Part shown: positions 12,400 to 25,740 of the stretch, one piece after another
Position numbering within the stretch: position 1 is the first letter of the stretch
Layout of the letters: each line of letters starts with the position of its first letter
From: Mobula hypostoma
Taxonomy: Eukaryota
DNA length: 64,000 bases
Reading direction: 5' to 3'
Assembly (NCBI RefSeq): GCF_963921235.1
Contig: NC_086108.1
Coordinates: 107,944,001-108,008,000, forward strand
Notes under the pieces: generated by a model
Seen by the model: only the letters and a program-made list of their open reading frames with translations
The model's database searches: none
Told to the model about the DNA's origin: nothing
Translations under genes and position numbers: made by a program

Positions 12400-13184
12400 G
12401 TAAGAAATTTATAATTTACTTGCAGGAGCGTATTGTTTAGAAATAATAATCTTCAATCATGTCTTGAAGCTTGGCACGTTGCAGAATATGATTAATAATT
12501 CACCAGGCAATTTGGAGGGTCTTACGAAATAACAGAATTATTCTTGTGTACACTTTTCCCCTGCCCGTAACCCACCAGCAAGGTTTTTGCAGTGTGTATA
12601 TCAGTTGTTTGCCTGCACAACCCTGTTATTTACCAAGAGCAAACTGTATTTTTAGTAAAGAAGGAAGATACTCGTTAATAGTACTCCGAGTGGTTGGGAG
12701 TGAGAGGGAGATGTTATACAAAGACTTGCCACCTGCAGTCAAACCAAAGCCTCCAGCCAAAATGTCATCTGGGTCGTACAGAAATCTCTTTATCCATTCA
12801 TGGCTATGTGCATGAAATTCTGGCTGCTGGGTTAACTTAGGACACTTTGCGTGTATAATTGGAAGCCTTGCTTTGGCAGTGCAGCTGCGTTTTCACCCTG
12901 TCCTGAGGAGGACGCAGATCTGACAGCAGGGACTGACTTCCCCGGTGCGGATGTGCATAGAAACCGTACACGGGCAAAATCTTGCCCCTTCCATGTGGAA
13001 GCGTTTGGTCCGTTCCAACAAATGCATTTATGCATTCAATTTCATCGTAGAAATGGTGTCCTTAAATGCATTAATGCACAATATTGAAAAACTGATACAG
13101 ATAAAATGCAAGAGGTACAAATTACAGTCACTGAAATCACCCAGCAGCAAGAAAATATTTTTATTTTATTTTAGAGAAGCAGCA

Positions 13185-13430
13185 TGGAACAGGCCCTTCT
13201 GGCATACTGAGCCACACTGCCCAGCAACCTACCAATTTAACCCTAGCCTAATTACAGCACAATTTACAATGAGTAATTAATCTAATAACCGGTATATCTT
13301 TGGAATGTGGGAAGGAACTGGAGCACCCGGAAGAAACCCATGCAGTCATGGGACGGAATGTACGAACTTGCTTACAGAGGTCACTGAAATTGAACTCTGA
13401 ACTCCAACACCATGAGCTGTGCTAGCATAG
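13185..13430 (-). mobile_element. V-SINE
   Basis: CTTTGGAATGTGGGAAGGAACTGGAGCACCCGGAAGAAACCCATGCAG is the reverse complement of the V domain. Confidence 0.8.
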
Positions 13431-13789
13431 TGCCCCAAAATAATATGCGTCCCTGGTGAATGACTTTAGTTCTAACCTTTCAATCAGAATATTGTGATTT
13501 TATTAGCACAGTGACTAAATGTCCTTTAACACATCTCTGACATGATGCAGCTTTTTGACCCGAAAGGCCGACAGACGCTGTTCGATCTGCTGAGTTCCTC
13601 TAGCATATTGTTCATTGTTCGTCAGTGCTTGGTTTAAAGAATTGAGGAAAGTGGAAATGAGACGAGTTGTTTTCGGGCTGGAATGAATTTAAATATTGTT
13701 CAATAGACTTGTGTATATAAGTCATTGACTCTTTAGCACTGAAACAGTAATTGAGGTTATATGGCTACACTTCCATTTAACATGCGTTG

Positions 13790-14220
13790 GAACAAGGCTT
13801 GGACAAATTTGGGTTGTTTTCTCTGAAGTGGCAGAGTGCTAAGGGGAGATAGATCTAATAGAGGTTTATAAGATTATGAGAGGTATAGATAGATAGTACC
13901 TTTCTTCCCAGGGTTGAAATCTCTAATACCAGAGATCATGCACTTAGGGTAAGAGGGAGTAATTTCAAAGGAGATGTGAGGGTCAAGTTTTTATTTAAAG
14001 AGTGGTGGATGCCCGAAATGTGCTGCCTGGGGTGGTGGTAGAGGCAGACTTCTAAGAGACATTTAGATAGGCACATGAATGTGAGGAAAATGGAAGGATA
14101 TGGACATTGTGTAGGCAGAAGGGATTAGTTTATTTGGCCATTTGATTATTAATCAAATTGGATCGGCACAGCATTGTGGGCCAAAGGGCCGGTTCCCAGG
14201 CTGTACTGTTCTATGTTCTA
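13790..14220 (+). mobile_element. CR1 LINE 3' end
   Basis: LGLFSL..DLIEVYKIMRGID remnant with a (TTCTATG)n tail. Confidence 0.85.
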
Positions 14221-14587
14221 CTGCCGGTTCTGTTTCTTTGCATCTCTTTATTCTACTTTTTTTTTCTAATGTTAATTAACCCAGTTTCCTTTTCAATCTG
14301 TCAGAAAGGATTTACCAGTGTCTGGGAATGGAATATGCAGTATAATCTAAAGTATGTTCTATGCATCTGCAGCAGCTGTGGTGACAGAACATAGAACAGC
14401 AGCGCATTTTACCCATTCACATCTGGCTTTTGAGTGGAAAGCTTTTGACCTGAATAGCTCAAGTGTCAGTTGTAGTGGCAAATGGAGGTGATGCATTGAG
14501 TTGGGTGTATAATACCCCATGTGTAGCACTTTCCGAGTTTGTGTCAATACTGTGATGGAGTTAACCTGCATTGTTTATGTCTCTGAC

Positions 14588-14780
14588 AAAAGAGATTCTG
14601 CAGATGCTGGAAATCCAGAGCAACACACACACACAAAATGCTGGAGGAACTCAGCAGGTCAGGCAGCGTCTATGGAAATGAATAAATAGTGGACGTTTTG
14701 GGCCAACTACTTCATCTGGACTGTCATCCATAGATGCTGCTTGACCTGCTGAGTTCCTCCAGCACTTTGTACATGTTGTT
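14588..14780. mobile_element. Fold-back (inverted) pair of PLE-derived short repeats
   Basis: ATGCTGGAGGAACTCAGCAGGTCAGGCAGCGTCTATGGA ... TCCATAGATGCTGCTTGACCTGCTGAGTTCCTCCAGCA around a decayed hammerhead. Confidence 0.8.
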
Positions 14781-15484
14781 CTGTTTATGTTTCAGCTGGA
14801 GAAATTGACACTAAAACAATTAAAGGTACTTTGAGTTGACACTGCGGTTTATGGATGGGTATGTAAAATATGAGTTGAATTAATTGCTGTGTCTGAGCAT
14901 CGGTCACTGCAGAATCTGAGTGTTTCAATAGTGTGTGTCCATTGTTCATGCTTTGTGTGTGAATGTATGCTTGTGTGTACAAATCTCATTGTGTATGTGG
15001 ATGTCCATCAGTGAGGTTGTATAGCACTCACTGCGTATATGTGCATCTGTGCGTGTCTCAACATGAATGTTTGAGTGTGCGCTAATGTTGCTGTACCTTG
15101 CTCGTTCTGTGTGTGTGTGTGTGCGCACGCACACAAACCTTATGAATCTGAGAATGCGCTAGTGTGGATGTAAAACACTGTATGCACATTGGTGCACAAA
15201 TCTAACCTGTGTTAGACTGTGTGCTAGTGCAGGTGTGTAATCCTTACTCTGTATGTGTGTCAGTGTTAGTGTGTGCGTACACAAAAATTTCTTTTTGTGT
15301 TTCAGTGTGCATATTGCAGATGCTCAAATTTTACTGTATGTTCCTTTTTTCATCTCTCCCTCTGATGTGTGTGTGAATGTATGCTGATATGTGTTTACCA
15401 TATCTTCCCCCTCTTTTTCTTATTGCTGCTTCTCTCTCTCGCTCTTGCGAGTGATTGTGTTTCCCTTTTTTTTCCTCTTTCCAG

Positions 15485-15699
15485 CATTTTGTCCGCCTGT
15501 GTATGTGTGTGTGTCAGTGACAGTGTGAGATCTGTGTCTGTGTCTACATTTAATCAGCTGCCTGGCCAGCTTCAGTGTCCAGACGAAAGAAAGCCCAGTT
15601 GCTGGAGCTTGCCTACGTCATGAGGTCTGCTTAAAGGAAGGTTCTGGTGAGCCCGTGTAAGAGAAGAGGACAAACTGAATGGGCAAGTTGGACTCTGAG
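15485..15699 (+). other. Candidate 5' exon ending ATGGGCAAGTTGGACTCTGAG|GTGAGC
   Basis: Polypyrimidine + CAG at 15465-15484, strong donor at 15700, unique sequence. Confidence 0.4.
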
Positions 15700-16059
15700 G
15701 TGAGCTTTCATTCTAGTTTGAGTCCTGTTTCAGTGGTTGTCCTTGCATGGCACTAATAATGACTTTACCTGAGGATGTCCCTGTTCTCATACCTATTTTT
15801 CTAACAGAGGAGAAATAAAGGAGAGATTTTGGACCTTCAACAAATCTCCTTTTGACTTGTTAGCTTCCTGGCCATCTCCCAGCGGTAGCGCCCTGTTCTA
15901 TGGTTGATGCTAGAAGGTTGATTGTAGGTCTTTCTAATCCAAGTGTGTGACGGGTCCAACCTTAGTGAGTAGGATCTATCTTCTTCATCTCATGGAGTTT
16001 CATCTTGAGACAATACTCCAGCAAGCGGCTTGCTTGAGTTTGAGAAGATGCTCCAAAGA

Positions 16060-16270
16060 ATAACATTCCCTCTAGTATTTTGCTTACAAATGCATGGACT
16101 AACCATTGCTCAGAGCAGGTAATTTTTACATGGCCTAAAGACTTGCACAGCACTTTAATGAAACATTATATAAAAGAAAAGTCCAGTTGTGTGGCAACAA
16201 AGGCTATGTGCACGGGAGCATTTCAGTTACTGCGTGGTTGTGCACCCGCGCAGCTTAGAGAAAAAAGTGC
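16060..16270. mobile_element. Possible decayed hAT-like MITE
   Basis: Imperfect terminal inverted repeats ACATTCCCTCTA ... TAGAGAAAAAAGTG. Confidence 0.35.
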
Positions 16271-18369
16271 CAAAGAGGTTCGACATGCACTCAGTCTCCG
16301 CAATGCGTTAGGCTCACGGCGTTTCATTTTTCAAGGTGATTTGAAAGATATTAGTAGCTCACTTAACATGCCGTCTACTTACCTGGTCTTCCACGGGTTG
16401 CGTTGGTAGCTATCATGCGAACAAGGTTCCCGTTGCAATACCTGTTTGTAACAAGGATGTCATGACCCATTTAAACAGAACATGTCAGTGGTTGAAAATA
16501 GCACGACAGGGAATAAGGAGCATCAAACAAGATGTCAGAAGGTTTCAGCAGGTCAGGCAGCTTCTGTGGAGGGAATTGGACAGTCAGTGTTTCTGGTTAA
16601 GACCTTTCATCATCTGGACAGTTCCTCCAGCTTATTGTGTGTTGCTCCAGATCCCAGTATCTGCTGTCACACACAGAGAATTGTGTATTTGTGTGTGTGT
16701 TAGTATGCTTCAGTTAGTGTGTGCTAGAATGTACTATAGAGTGTGTCTGTATTTCTCTGTTAGAGTATGTTAGAATGTGTGTTAGTGTGTTCATATTTGC
16801 ATGTCAGTGTGTATTAGTATGTTAGCAACTGCACTGCTCCAGCCCATCTCAGTTGGATTTTCATTGAATGGTGTTTGCCTGCTCTTTGTAGCTCTCCAGC
16901 TTGGGAGGGAATGTGTTGGTACCACGCCCTCCCAACCAAACAGCTGGCCGCATTGCACAGTGAACGGTGCACGCTGAGTGTCTTTTTGTTGAGATTGTTG
17001 TTGGCAGAGATGGGGGGGTGGGGTGCAGTTCCTGGACTGGAATTGGATACTGCTCACCTGTGTTACAGCTCTGTGCACCCATCTAGATGGAATAAGATTA
17101 TTCCACAAGATTGTTTCTAGTTTCCCCTTTATAACCTGTACCAAATATGGGTGGGGAGGAGGTTAGATTACATTGGAACATACTGTACACAATTCAGGCT
17201 CTTCGGCCCACAATGTTATGTCAACCTTTTAACCTGCTCCAAGGTCACTAATGCTTCCCTTCCGTATATCCCTCCATTTTTCTCTCATCCATGTGCCTAC
17301 TATAAGAGTCACTTTGACTCTTCTAATCTATCTGTCTGTCTCTACCACCATCCCCAGCAGTTATTCAATGCACCCACCAATCTCTGTGTAAAAAAAACCT
17401 CTGAAATACCCCAATACTTTCCTTCAATCACACTAAAATTATGCCCCCTCATATTAGCCATTTAACATTTTTTATTTATTTGTGTATTGAGACACAGCAT
17501 GGAATCAGCCCTCCCAGCTGCACCACCCAGCAATCCCCTGATCTAATCCTAGGCCAATCATGGGACATTTTACTTGCGACCAATTAACCTACCAACCATT
17601 CTGTGTTTTGACAGTGGGAGGGAAGTGGAGGAAACCCACGCAGTCCAGTGGGGTGACGTAAAACAGCGGCAGGAGTTGAACCCGGGTCACCTGTACCATG
17701 AAGCATTGTGCTAACCACTGCTCTGCTCTGCTGCCCTGTGAGAAGGTGGTAGCTCTCCCCTCTGTCCATGCCTCTTATCACATGCACACCTCTATCAATT
17801 TAATGAGATGAATATATTGTCTTGTATTCCAGGGAGAAAGCACTCATTCACATTAAGTTCTGGGGTAAATAGTGCACTTGTTAATGAATAAGGTGATCAG
17901 CACAAAATAATGTAATGTGAGCGGGTTTGAAAACTTTGCTACAAACCACAGTGATTGGGGTGATTCCAACATATGTCTTTATAGGATGGCTGCCACAATC
18001 AATACCATTCGGTCAATTATACCCACCCAGGGTCACCTTCCCATACATTAGTCCAAAGATTTTTTTTAAATCAGAAAGATTTGTCAAAAGATAAAAGATG
18101 TAAAATACTTTCGATAGATTTAAAGATTAGCTTTATTTGTCACAGGTACATCGAAATACAGTGAAATGGGCCGTTTGCGTCAAATCAAATTAGCCAGGAC
18201 TGTGCTGGGGGCAGTCTGAAAGTGTACCATTCTTCCGGCACCAACATAGCATGTCCGCAATTCACTTACCCCGAACCAGTACTTCTCTGGAATGTGAGGG
18301 GAAACCCAGTGGTCATGGAGAGAACGCACAAACCCCTTACAAACCGCGCAGGAATCGAACCCAGATTCC

Positions 18370-18715
18370 AAAGGCTAAAGGCCTGGACAGAGTGGACGTG
18401 GAGAGGATGTTCCCTGTAGTTGGGGATGTCAAGGACCATAGGGCACAGCCTCAGAATAGAAGGACGTCCCTTTAGAACAGAGATGAGGAGGATTTTTTTT
18501 TATTAGCCAGAGGATGGTGAATCTGTGGAATACGTTGCCACAGACGGCTGTGGAGGCTAAGTCATTCGGTATATTTAATGTGGAGGTGGATCGGTCCTTT
18601 ATACGCTAGGGCATCAAAAGTTACAGGCAGAAGGCGGTTGAGAGGGATAGTAAATCGGCCACGATGGAATGGAGGATGGGCCGAATGGCCTAATTCTGCT
18701 CCTATGTCTTATGAT
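18370..18715 (+). mobile_element. CR1 LINE 3' end
   Basis: KGLDRVDVERMFP...RGHSLRIEGRPFRTEMRR..F.QR.VNLWN remnant. Confidence 0.85.
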
Positions 18716-18959
18716 CTTCATCTGATTCTGGGATGCTTTGATCCGAACAAACACGGTCCCGCCCGCCTGCTAACCTCAAATCTGCGATACCTGAACTGTA
18801 AACACAGAAAATTCTACACATGCTGGAAATTCAGAGCGACATGCACGCACAATGCTGGGCCGCAAGTCTCGGCCCGAAACATCGACTGTTCATTCATTCA
18901 TTTCCACAGAGTGGACGCTGTGAGACCTGCTGAGTTCCTACAGCATTTTGTACGTGTTG

Positions 18960-20060
18960 CAGTTAAGCCGCTTTTGGTCGACGCTTTGCTCCGGGAAACA
19001 ACGGACAGCGCGGAGAATAGGGGTGCCAGTCGGACGGGGCTAGAGTCTGGTGTTAAAACGCAAAGGGTCCCAGTAAAGCGTGTGGAGGTACAGTGAATTA
19101 GTCGGCATCTTTTAACGCTTCTGCCCTGGGATGTTTGCATTCGGCGGCGGCGAGCAAAACTAGAAGTTGAGTTGCAAGGGGACCCCGTATTTTGAGTAAC
19201 ACACGCACATACTTGCTGGTGGAACTGAGAATAAAGCACAAATGTTTTTCTCAACTAACACCGATTAGGGGTCAGTCGGCTGTTTCGTACATGCTGCCTG
19301 ACCTGCTGAGTTCCTCCAGCATTTTTTGTGTGTGTATATGTGTTATGAATTTCCAGCATCTGCAGAATCGTCCTCTCTGACTGAGTTTGATATCGCTTTG
19401 GAAATCTTTGGGTGTCGAGCACCCGACAAGGAGGGGAAGCTGGAGGGAGGGCCCGTTGATGGCTACCCGCCTTCTCTCTTCCCCCCCCCCAACCTGTTCA
19501 AAAATTCGTTTTCCTACAAGCTGTGGACTCGCTACAGTCCGCATCTATTGTCCGTCCTGCCGAAAGCGTAACCCATCTAACCCCGCCGCTTAGGTTTAGC
19601 CTTAGCTCAGTGCAGAGGGAGCGACCCTTCCCAAACAGGACGAGAGAAGAAAATTTCATCCTCTGTCTCTCTCTCTCCCTCCCTCCCTCTTCCCCCCCCC
19701 CCCACCCTTAGCCACTGTCCCGGCAGCGGTCCCTGTCGCTGTCCGCTTTCCCCATCTCCGGATACAGCCTCCGCAGACAAGACGCTCCCCCAAGACAAGA
19801 GAGAGATCTTATATTTGCCATTTTGCCTGTCACTTAATTTAGAGATGTTTATGGATCCGATGGGAAGCCTCTGGAGGAACGGAGCAGTGAATGTGTCGGG
19901 ATGGCGTGGAGCTCAGACGCTGTAATATCTTCTAAGTAGGTCAGGTCGGCGACATGAAGGCAACTTTATCGAAAAGACTGAGCGAAGAGCACACTGCACC
20001 GTCTGCGGACGTCTGCTTCACTGGCCCTGTGAAAGGGGGAGGGGTTAGTCTGCGGTCTCT
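18960..20060. promoter_or_regulatory. Third CpG-rich region, possible alternative promoter/first exon (donor-like TAA|GTAGGT ~19936)
   Basis: Elevated CpG, C-rich tracts at 19660-19710, mostly unique sequence. Confidence 0.5.
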
Positions 20061-20369
20061 GCAGGTCATCTTTTAGACTTTCTCCTTTTATTTTCAAGGA
20101 ATTTCCAACGGTGGGGAGAGCCCAGACGCTGGGCAAATCCATCACACGCAGATTTGATTAAAGGGGACCTTGGGATGGATTTGTAAAGCGGAGATGGTGC
20201 CATTAATGTTTATTGGATCCAATATCTTCTGGATTATCCCCTCTAATGCCGTGGTACCCCCCTAGAGGTACACCCCAGAGATACATAAGAGTCTGGCAGG
20301 CAATGTACAATGAAAATCCAGCGCACACTCAACTCTCAGCTCATGTCGACGTTAAGCCCCTGCTGCCAA

Positions 20370-20960
20370 ATCCATCACAGGCAAAGCCTCCCTACCACTG
20401 AGCACATTTACATGGGACACTGCCACAAGAAAGCAGCGTCCGTCAAAGACCCCCGCCCTCCAGGCCATGCTCGCTTCTCACTACTACCATCGGGAAGGAG
20501 GTACCGAAGCATTAGGTCCCCCACCACCAAATTCAGGAACAGTTATTCCCTAATATCATCAGACACCTGAGCCAGAGTGGCTAACTTCACTCACCACTCT
20601 GAATTTATGATCTACAGGCTCACAGGCGAGGACTCTTTACCACTCATGTTCTCAGTATCATTTCTGCCTGCACAGTTTGTCTTCTTTTGCACAGGTATAG
20701 TTTTTCATAAAATCATATCGTATTTATTTGCAAATGCAAGAAATGCCAATATTTATGTACTGTACCTGTGCACATTTTATTTCATGTCTATACTTTATCC
20801 TCTATCTTTATTTGTTATATAATTCTTTATAATTGTTGAATGCTGGTTTTCTGTTGCATGACGTGCAATGATGGGCAAGCCACAGCAAATACCCTTGATC
20901 CTTGAAAATAAATCTCAGGGTAGGATATGGTAACATCTATGTACTTTGATAATAAATTTA
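20370..20960 (+). mobile_element. Rex1/Babar-like LINE 3' fragment
   Basis: LPTTEHIYMGHCHKKAASVKDPRPPGHARFSLLPSGRRYRSIR. Confidence 0.85.
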
Positions 20961-21673
20961 CTTTGGAGGGATTAGATGTGTTTTATTCTTTCCATGCATT
21001 TTGGTTCCCCTTCTCCGTTCTGGCAACTTTCCTAGTTGCCAGAGTGAAAAAGAACAGAAGCAGGCCGTTTGGTCCGACACATCCTTGCTGAACGATGATA
21101 ACATCACTCAAATTCACTTGCCCTAATGCAGACCTAATTCCACAATCAATAGTTTCACTTTCAAGGACTCTACATCTCATGTTCTTGATATCTATTGTTT
21201 ATTTATTATTATTATTATTTCTTTTGGTATTTGCACAGTCTGTTATCTTTTGCACATTGTCTTTGTTGCGTTCAAGTTTTCATTGATTTTATTGTGTGTT
21301 TCTATTTACTGTGAACGTCCACAAGAAAATGAATCACAGGGTAGTATATAGTGACATATATGTACTTTGATAATAAATTGACTTTGATTATCCGAGTTAG
21401 CGACTTTTGTTTGCCTGCATTTGGCCCATTTCCCTCTCAATCTTTCCTGTCCAAGTTCTTTTTCAATGTTGTAACCATATCTGACTTTGCCTCTTCGTCC
21501 AGCAGCTCACTTGTGATCATTTCACCATTCTGCTGTTTGTGCATGTTGCTGTGTTGATTGTTCATCCAGTGTACCCTGTGAGCGTCTCCGAACAAGAGTT
21601 TCATTGCACCCTGGTGTATATGACAATGAAGTAACCTAATCTAATAATAATCTAACCTAATATTCCATATTCC

Positions 21674-21711
21674 CAGTCCTGATGAAGGGTCTTAGCCTGA
21701 AATTTTGACTG
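21674..21711 (+). ncRNA. Hammerhead ribozyme motif in a PLE-derived repeat
   Basis: CAGTC-CTGATGA-AGGGTCTTAGCCT-GAAA-TTTT-GACTG: intact core and 5-bp stem I; stem III mutated. Confidence 0.65.
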
Positions 21712-23614
21712 TTCATTTCCCTCATCGATGCTGCCTAACTTGCTCAGTTACTGCAGTATTTTACGTGCATTGCTGAAGATTTCCCCCTTCAGCACAAAGT
21801 CTCAGAATTAGAATTGTGTTTAATATCACTAACATATGTTGTGAAATGTGTTGTTTTGTGGCAGCGGTACATTGCCATCACAATAATAAATACTATAAGT
21901 TGCAATAGGATGTATATATAAAACTAAATTAAATAATTACTACAAAAAGAGAAGGGAAAAAGGTACTTAGGTAGTGTTCATGGGATCATTGCCTATTCAG
22001 AAATATGACGGTGGAGGGGAAGAAGCTGTTCCTGAGATCTTGAGTATGTCTTCAAATTCCTGTACCTTGTCCTTGTGTTGGTAGCAGTGAGACGAGTGAT
22101 GGGGGTCCTTAATGACGGGTGCCATCTTTTTGAGGCATCGACGTTCAAAGGTGTCCTCAATGCTCTTTTGTCTCTTTTATCTTGTGTCGCCACTCCATGT
22201 ACCTACCTCAGAGTGGAAAAGTTTCCCCTCTGGTCCCTTTTAACATTTCCCTTCTTTGTTATCCTTTAATTGCAGATTTTGCACTCTTTAAATCCTTTTC
22301 AACTGTACTCTTCAACCTCATACCTTTCCTTCATGATCTGTGAAGTCACCCTTCAGTTTTCTACACTCCAGGGAGAAAATATGCAATCTCTGCTAATAAG
22401 TCAAGCCCACTGGTTTGCTAAATCATTTTTGCATGTCTTCAGTATAGCAACATCCCATACATTTAGGACCAGCTTTTACCCCTCTGCCATTACTTTCTGA
22501 ATGTTCCATGAACCATATCACTATTCTTTTTTTTGTACTCTCTCCCCTCCCCCTCTCTCCCCTCCCTCTTCCCCACCTTCCCCTTCCCCCACCCTCCCTC
22601 CCTCTCCTCCGTCCCTCCTTCTGCTGTCTTCCCCCTCTCTCCATCTCGCGATCATAATTTTTTTGTTTTGCACTGTACGGCTGCGTCTAAACAAAGCAAC
22701 AAATTTCACGGCATATGTCAGTGACAATAAATCTAATTCTGATTCTGTTAGTAAAACATTACGAGAAGCATTGATAGGGTAGACAGTCAGGTTCTTTTTC
22801 ACAAGCACGGAGGACATGCATTTAACGTGAGAGGTAGGAGTTTTAAAAGGACATGACTGGCAAAAAATGTTTACACAGAGAGTGGTAAATGCCTGGAATG
22901 CATCAGGTCATGGAAACAACATAGAAACTTGTCACAGACAGTGGCGGGAATTGAACCTGGTTGTTGGCTGTGTACAGTGTTATGCTGACCATTACACTAT
23001 TGTGCCATTTCTAAACACATCACAAACTGGTTTTGAGAGGAGGTGAGGTTTTTTCCTCAACTCCCCTCCACCCACCTACTAAAGGTGACAAGGTAGGGGT
23101 GTCAGTGGAGCGAGTTCTCCACGGGTCTGGCTGCCATTTGTGGCCTCACTGTCATTCAAGGAATTTGGTATCGGAATTGATTTATTATTGTCATATCTAC
23201 TGAGAGACAGTGAAAAGCTTGTCTTGCATTCTGTTCATACAGATCAGATTATTACACAGGGCAGTGAAGTAGAATAAGGTAAGACAATAACAGAATGCAG
23301 AATAAAGTGTAACAGCTACGGAGAACGTGCCAGTAGACTGCAAGGTGCAAGATCATAATGAGGTAGATCGTGAAGTCAGGAGTCCACCATTGTACTAGGA
23401 AATCATTTATAACAGAAGGGTGGAATCTGTCCGTGAGCTTCGTGGTATGTGCATTTGGATTTTGTATCTCCTACCCATTGGGGAGCGGGAGGAGAGAACC
23501 TTGCTATATACAATCCTGAAATTCATTTTCTTGCAGGTATTTGCATGCAAAATAAAGAAATATGATAGAATCTACAAAAAAACTCATAAATAAACAAAGA
23601 CTGACAAATAACTA

Positions 23615-24090
23615 AGCGCTTTAGAGAGTGTGCAAAGGAAATTTACCAGGATGCTACCTGGATTAGAGGGCATGTTTTATGAGGATGGGTTGAGTGTGCG
23701 AGGGGTTTTCTCTTTGGAGTGAAGGAGGATGAGAGGTGACTTGATAGAGGTGTACAATATGATAAAAGGCATGAGTGTACAGCCAAAAATATTTTGTCCC
23801 AGGATGAAAATGGTTAATATGAGGGGGCAAAATTTTAATGTGATTGGAGGAAAGAATGGGGTGGGAACGTTATCAGCGATAGTTTTTTTTGCACAGAGAA
23901 TGTTGGGTGCGTGGAATGCACTGTCAGGGATACTGATAGAGGCAGACATTGGGGCATTTAAGAAACTCTTAGATATGCACATGTTTGAAAGAAAAATAAA
24001 GGGCTTTGTAGGAGGGAAGGGTTAGATTGATCATAGTGGGTTAGAAAGTTGGTACAATATAATGGACCAAAGGGCCTCTACTGTTCTGTG
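23615..24090 (+). mobile_element. CR1 LINE 3' end
   Basis: LERVQRKFTRMLPGLEG...MRGDLIEVYNMIKG...FAQRMLGAWNAL. Confidence 0.88.
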
Positions 24091-24342
24091 TTTAGCCAAC
24101 GTGTAAAAGAAGTTAAACTGCGCTAATAAAAAGGTAATTCTGAAAACATGAGTTGAAATTGAGTCTGTAGGTCGTAGAATCAGTTTGGAGTTGTTGTGAG
24201 TAACACCAACCATGTCAGCTCAGGAGCCTGATGGTTTTAGGGTAATAGCTATTCCTGAACCAGTTAATGTGTCACCTAAAACTTCTGTACCTCCTATCCA
24301 ATGGTAGGAGTGAGAAGAGAGCATGGCCTGGATAGTGGGTGT

Positions 24343-24422
24343 CAGGGTTTCCCAACTTTTTGATGCCATGGAGCCTAACCATTAACTGAGGGACTGTGGA
24401 CACCCCAGGTTGGGAACCCCTG
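24343..24422. mobile_element. 80-bp hAT (Charlie-like) MITE within a Rex1-like fragment
   Basis: TIRs CAGGGTTTCCCAAC...GTTGGGAACCCCTG; related copies at 46970-47049 and 47860-47930. Confidence 0.8.
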
Positions 24423-24684
24423 GTGATGGGTGTTGCTTTCTTATGGCAATGCCCCATGTAAATGTACTCAATATTAGGCAGTGCTTTGTCTTTGACGGAC
24501 TGACTGTATCCACCACTTTCTATTCCTGGCATTGGTGTTTCCATACCAGGCCATGATGGAACATGTAGGACTGTTTCTCAAAAGAAATCAATAATCTTTG
24601 TATTTTAAACGCAAGAGACCCTGCAGAAATCCAGAGCAACACACACAAAGTGCTGGAGGAAGTCAGCAGGTGTTGCACTACCAT

Positions 24685-24940
24685 CCTCCATCTTGGCAGA
24701 AGAGGAGGCCATGGCCTGATATGTCAGAGTGGAAATTGGGACTGGAATTAAACTGATTGGCCAGCTGGGTAACCCTGCTTGTTGAGGACGAGATGAGAAT
24801 GCTCGGCATCGCGTTCCCCTGGAGTCTCATTGATGTAGAGGAGGCCATGCCGGGATCACTGGATGACCCCCAACAAACTCTCAGGTGAAGTTGTTGCCTC
24901 ACCTGGGAGGATTGTTAAGGGCTGTGAATGGGGGTGAATG
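24685..24940 (-). mobile_element. Degenerate Penelope GIY-YIG endonuclease fragment
   Basis: Minus strand CAGGTGAGGCAACAACTTCACCTG...GGCCTCCTCTACATCAATGAGAC (GLLYINET), homologous to 52080-52266. Confidence 0.65.
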
Positions 24941-25267
24941 GAATAGCTTTGTAAGTTTTAAATTTATGTTTAGTTACTTGGAGATATAGTGTGTAACAGG
25001 CCCATCTGCTCCAACGAGCCACACCAACCAGCATCCCACATATTTACCGCCGCCTAATCACTAGACAATCTACCATGGCCAATTAAACTATTAGCAAGGA
25101 CATCTTTGTAACATGGAAGGAAACTGGAACACCCGAAAAAAAACCCACGTGGTTCTGCAGGGGAGCGGAGGGGGGAGTGTCCAACCGTTTCACAGATAGC
25201 ATCAGAATAGAACTCCATATTCCAACATGCCGAGCTGTAATAGCATTGCACTAACTGCTATGTCACT

Positions 25268-25439
25268 TTAGACAGGTTAACACCTCTGTCAAACGTCAAA
25301 CAGCAACGAAGAATGAGATGCATATGCTTGAAATATTGACTGTGTGTTATCCCCACTGTGTAATTTCAAGCTCTTTCACACAGTAGCTCAACTAAACAGC
25401 AAGCAAGGTCTGGAATCAGATACAAGCGACGTGGTATTA
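25268..25439. repeat. ~170-bp inverted duplicate of 32221-32385
   Basis: CAGCAAGCAAGGTCTGGAATCAGATACAAG and TGCTTGAAATATTGACTGTGTGTTATCCCCACTGTGT are reverse-complemented at 32.2-32.4 kb. Confidence 0.9.
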
Positions 25440-25740
25440 AATTGGAATAACCGCATTTTTATCCTGATCGCATGCTGCAGGCCGGTTGGGTGCCAGAGCT
25501 GTGGTGATGCTTTCTTCCATTTGCATTAATGCCACATGAGTAAGCAATGCTGTTAAGGGAAAGAGCATGAACAACAAGACCAAAAAGCTGTGCATTATCT
25601 AATTCATGCCCGCCAGCTAAATACAAGAGGAGAACTCTCACTTCTCGAGCTGAGGGATCATTTCTGAACAGACCATGAGCACTACCTCACTATCATGCTC
25701 TCTTTTTCCCAGCTTGTTTAATTTAACTCTGTTTTATATA

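Noticed and set aside
18578..19096. 172-aa ORF
   Set aside because: Chance read-through of a CR1 tail, a PLE fold-back and CpG-island sequence.
22535..22645. C/T-rich tract as functional G-quadruplex or proline-rich exon
   Set aside because: Low-complexity expansion inside a LINE 3'UTR, with no splice or conservation evidence.
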